DNA from: Octopus sinensis
Taxonomy: Eukaryota
Assembly: GCF_006345805.1 (NCBI RefSeq)
Contig: NC_043014.1
Span: forward strand, 26,846,001 to 26,910,000
Direction of reading: 5' to 3'
Length of the DNA: 64,000 nucleotides
Position numbers and translations under genes: made by a program
In this document: one piece after another, positions 63,170-64,000 of the stretch
Layout of the letters: each line of letters begins with the position of its first letter
Numbering within the stretch: the first letter of the stretch is position 1
The notes under the pieces: model-generated
Told to the model about the DNA's origin: nothing
Seen by the model: the letters and a program-made list of their open reading frames with translations, nothing else
Database searches by the model: none

Positions 63170-63830
63170 GAAAGAAATGAAGCTAGTATAATCCTATGGT
63201 GGTGTAATGTCAGTGTGCATACACAACAGAGTGTAAGCACCCTGAGAGAAAAGTTGGGCATAAGAAGCATCAAATGAGGTATGCAAGAGAGACAACTGCA
63301 CTGGTATAGCCATGTGTTATGTATGGATGAGGACAGCTGTGTGAGGAAGTGCCACTCCCTAACTGTAGAAGGAACCTGTGGAAGAGATAGACCCAGGAAG
63401 ACATGGGATGAGGTGGTGAAGCATGACCTTCGAACATTGGGCCTCACAGAGGCATTGACAGGAGACTGGGACCTTTGGAGATATGCTGTGATTGAGATCT
63501 GGAAACTAAAGTGAGATCACAGCCATGCATGGTCAGCCCTGTTAAGAATACTCCTGATGCATCAGGTGATATGTTATGCTTGAGAAGACCTACTGAGTCA
63601 AGTAAAATCAATACCGTAGCTGGGGCATGTAAAAAGCACCATCCGAATGTGGTTGATGCCAGGTCTGCCTGACTGGCTCCTGTGTTGGTGGCACATAAAC
63701 AGCACCAACCGAATATGACCAATAACAGTACCCCCTGACTGGCTCCTGTGCCGGTGGCATATAAAAGGCAACATCCAAACATGTTCATTGCCAGGCCCAT
63801 CTTACTTGAAGAACTTCTCTAGACTGAAAG
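63170..63830 (+). mobile_element. RTE-clade LINE 3' fragment with 3'UTR repeats
   Basis: MQERQLHWYSHV...CHSLTVEGTCGRDRPRKTWDEVVKHDLRTLGL. Confidence 0.9.
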
Positions 63831-64000
63831 GTTCCATCATCCTCATCAGCAGCAGCATCATTTAATGTCTGTTTTCCATGCTGGCATGGATTGGACAGCT
63901 TGTCTACTAAGGCTAGGGGCTGCACCAGGTTCCAAAGTCTGTTTTGGCTTGATTTCTACAGATGGATGCCCTTCCTAATGCTTTTTAAATGGTACCTATA

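Noticed and set aside
1-64000. CRISPR arrays, rRNA genes, prokaryotic operons or defence systems
   Set aside because: The sequence is spliced eukaryotic DNA. No repeat-spacer array, rRNA-like segment or gene-dense operon was seen.

Overview
AT-rich, intron-rich animal genomic DNA. Its repeat content (RTE LINEs with (GAT)n tails, a tRNA-headed SINE, long TA/TATG microsatellites) looks like an Octopus genome; this is an inference, not a search result. Three host genes are visible. (1) DHODH exons 1-2 lie on the minus strand, with the rest of the gene left of the window. (2) A complete five-exon MPHOSPH6/MPP6 gene (157 aa) lies on the plus strand, head-to-head with DHODH across 313 bp. (3) A candidate minus-strand gene has exons that align by eye to the TBC1D15/17-type Rab-GAP domain but appear to lack both catalytic fingers; one splice junction does not reconcile in phase. 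The rest is mostly transposon debris: RTE, CR1-like, Dong/R4, Gypsy, mariner, maT, Helitron, hAT and piggyBac-like elements, plus four Penelope-like (PLE) remnants. A recurring pattern is hammerhead-ribozyme-like motifs inside fold-back elements, where the sequence just 3' of the ribozyme recurs inverted at the other end. Several retroelements also carry head-to-head 5' inversions. All alignments were made by eye, and element boundaries are approximate unless a splice site, TIR or TSD is quoted.
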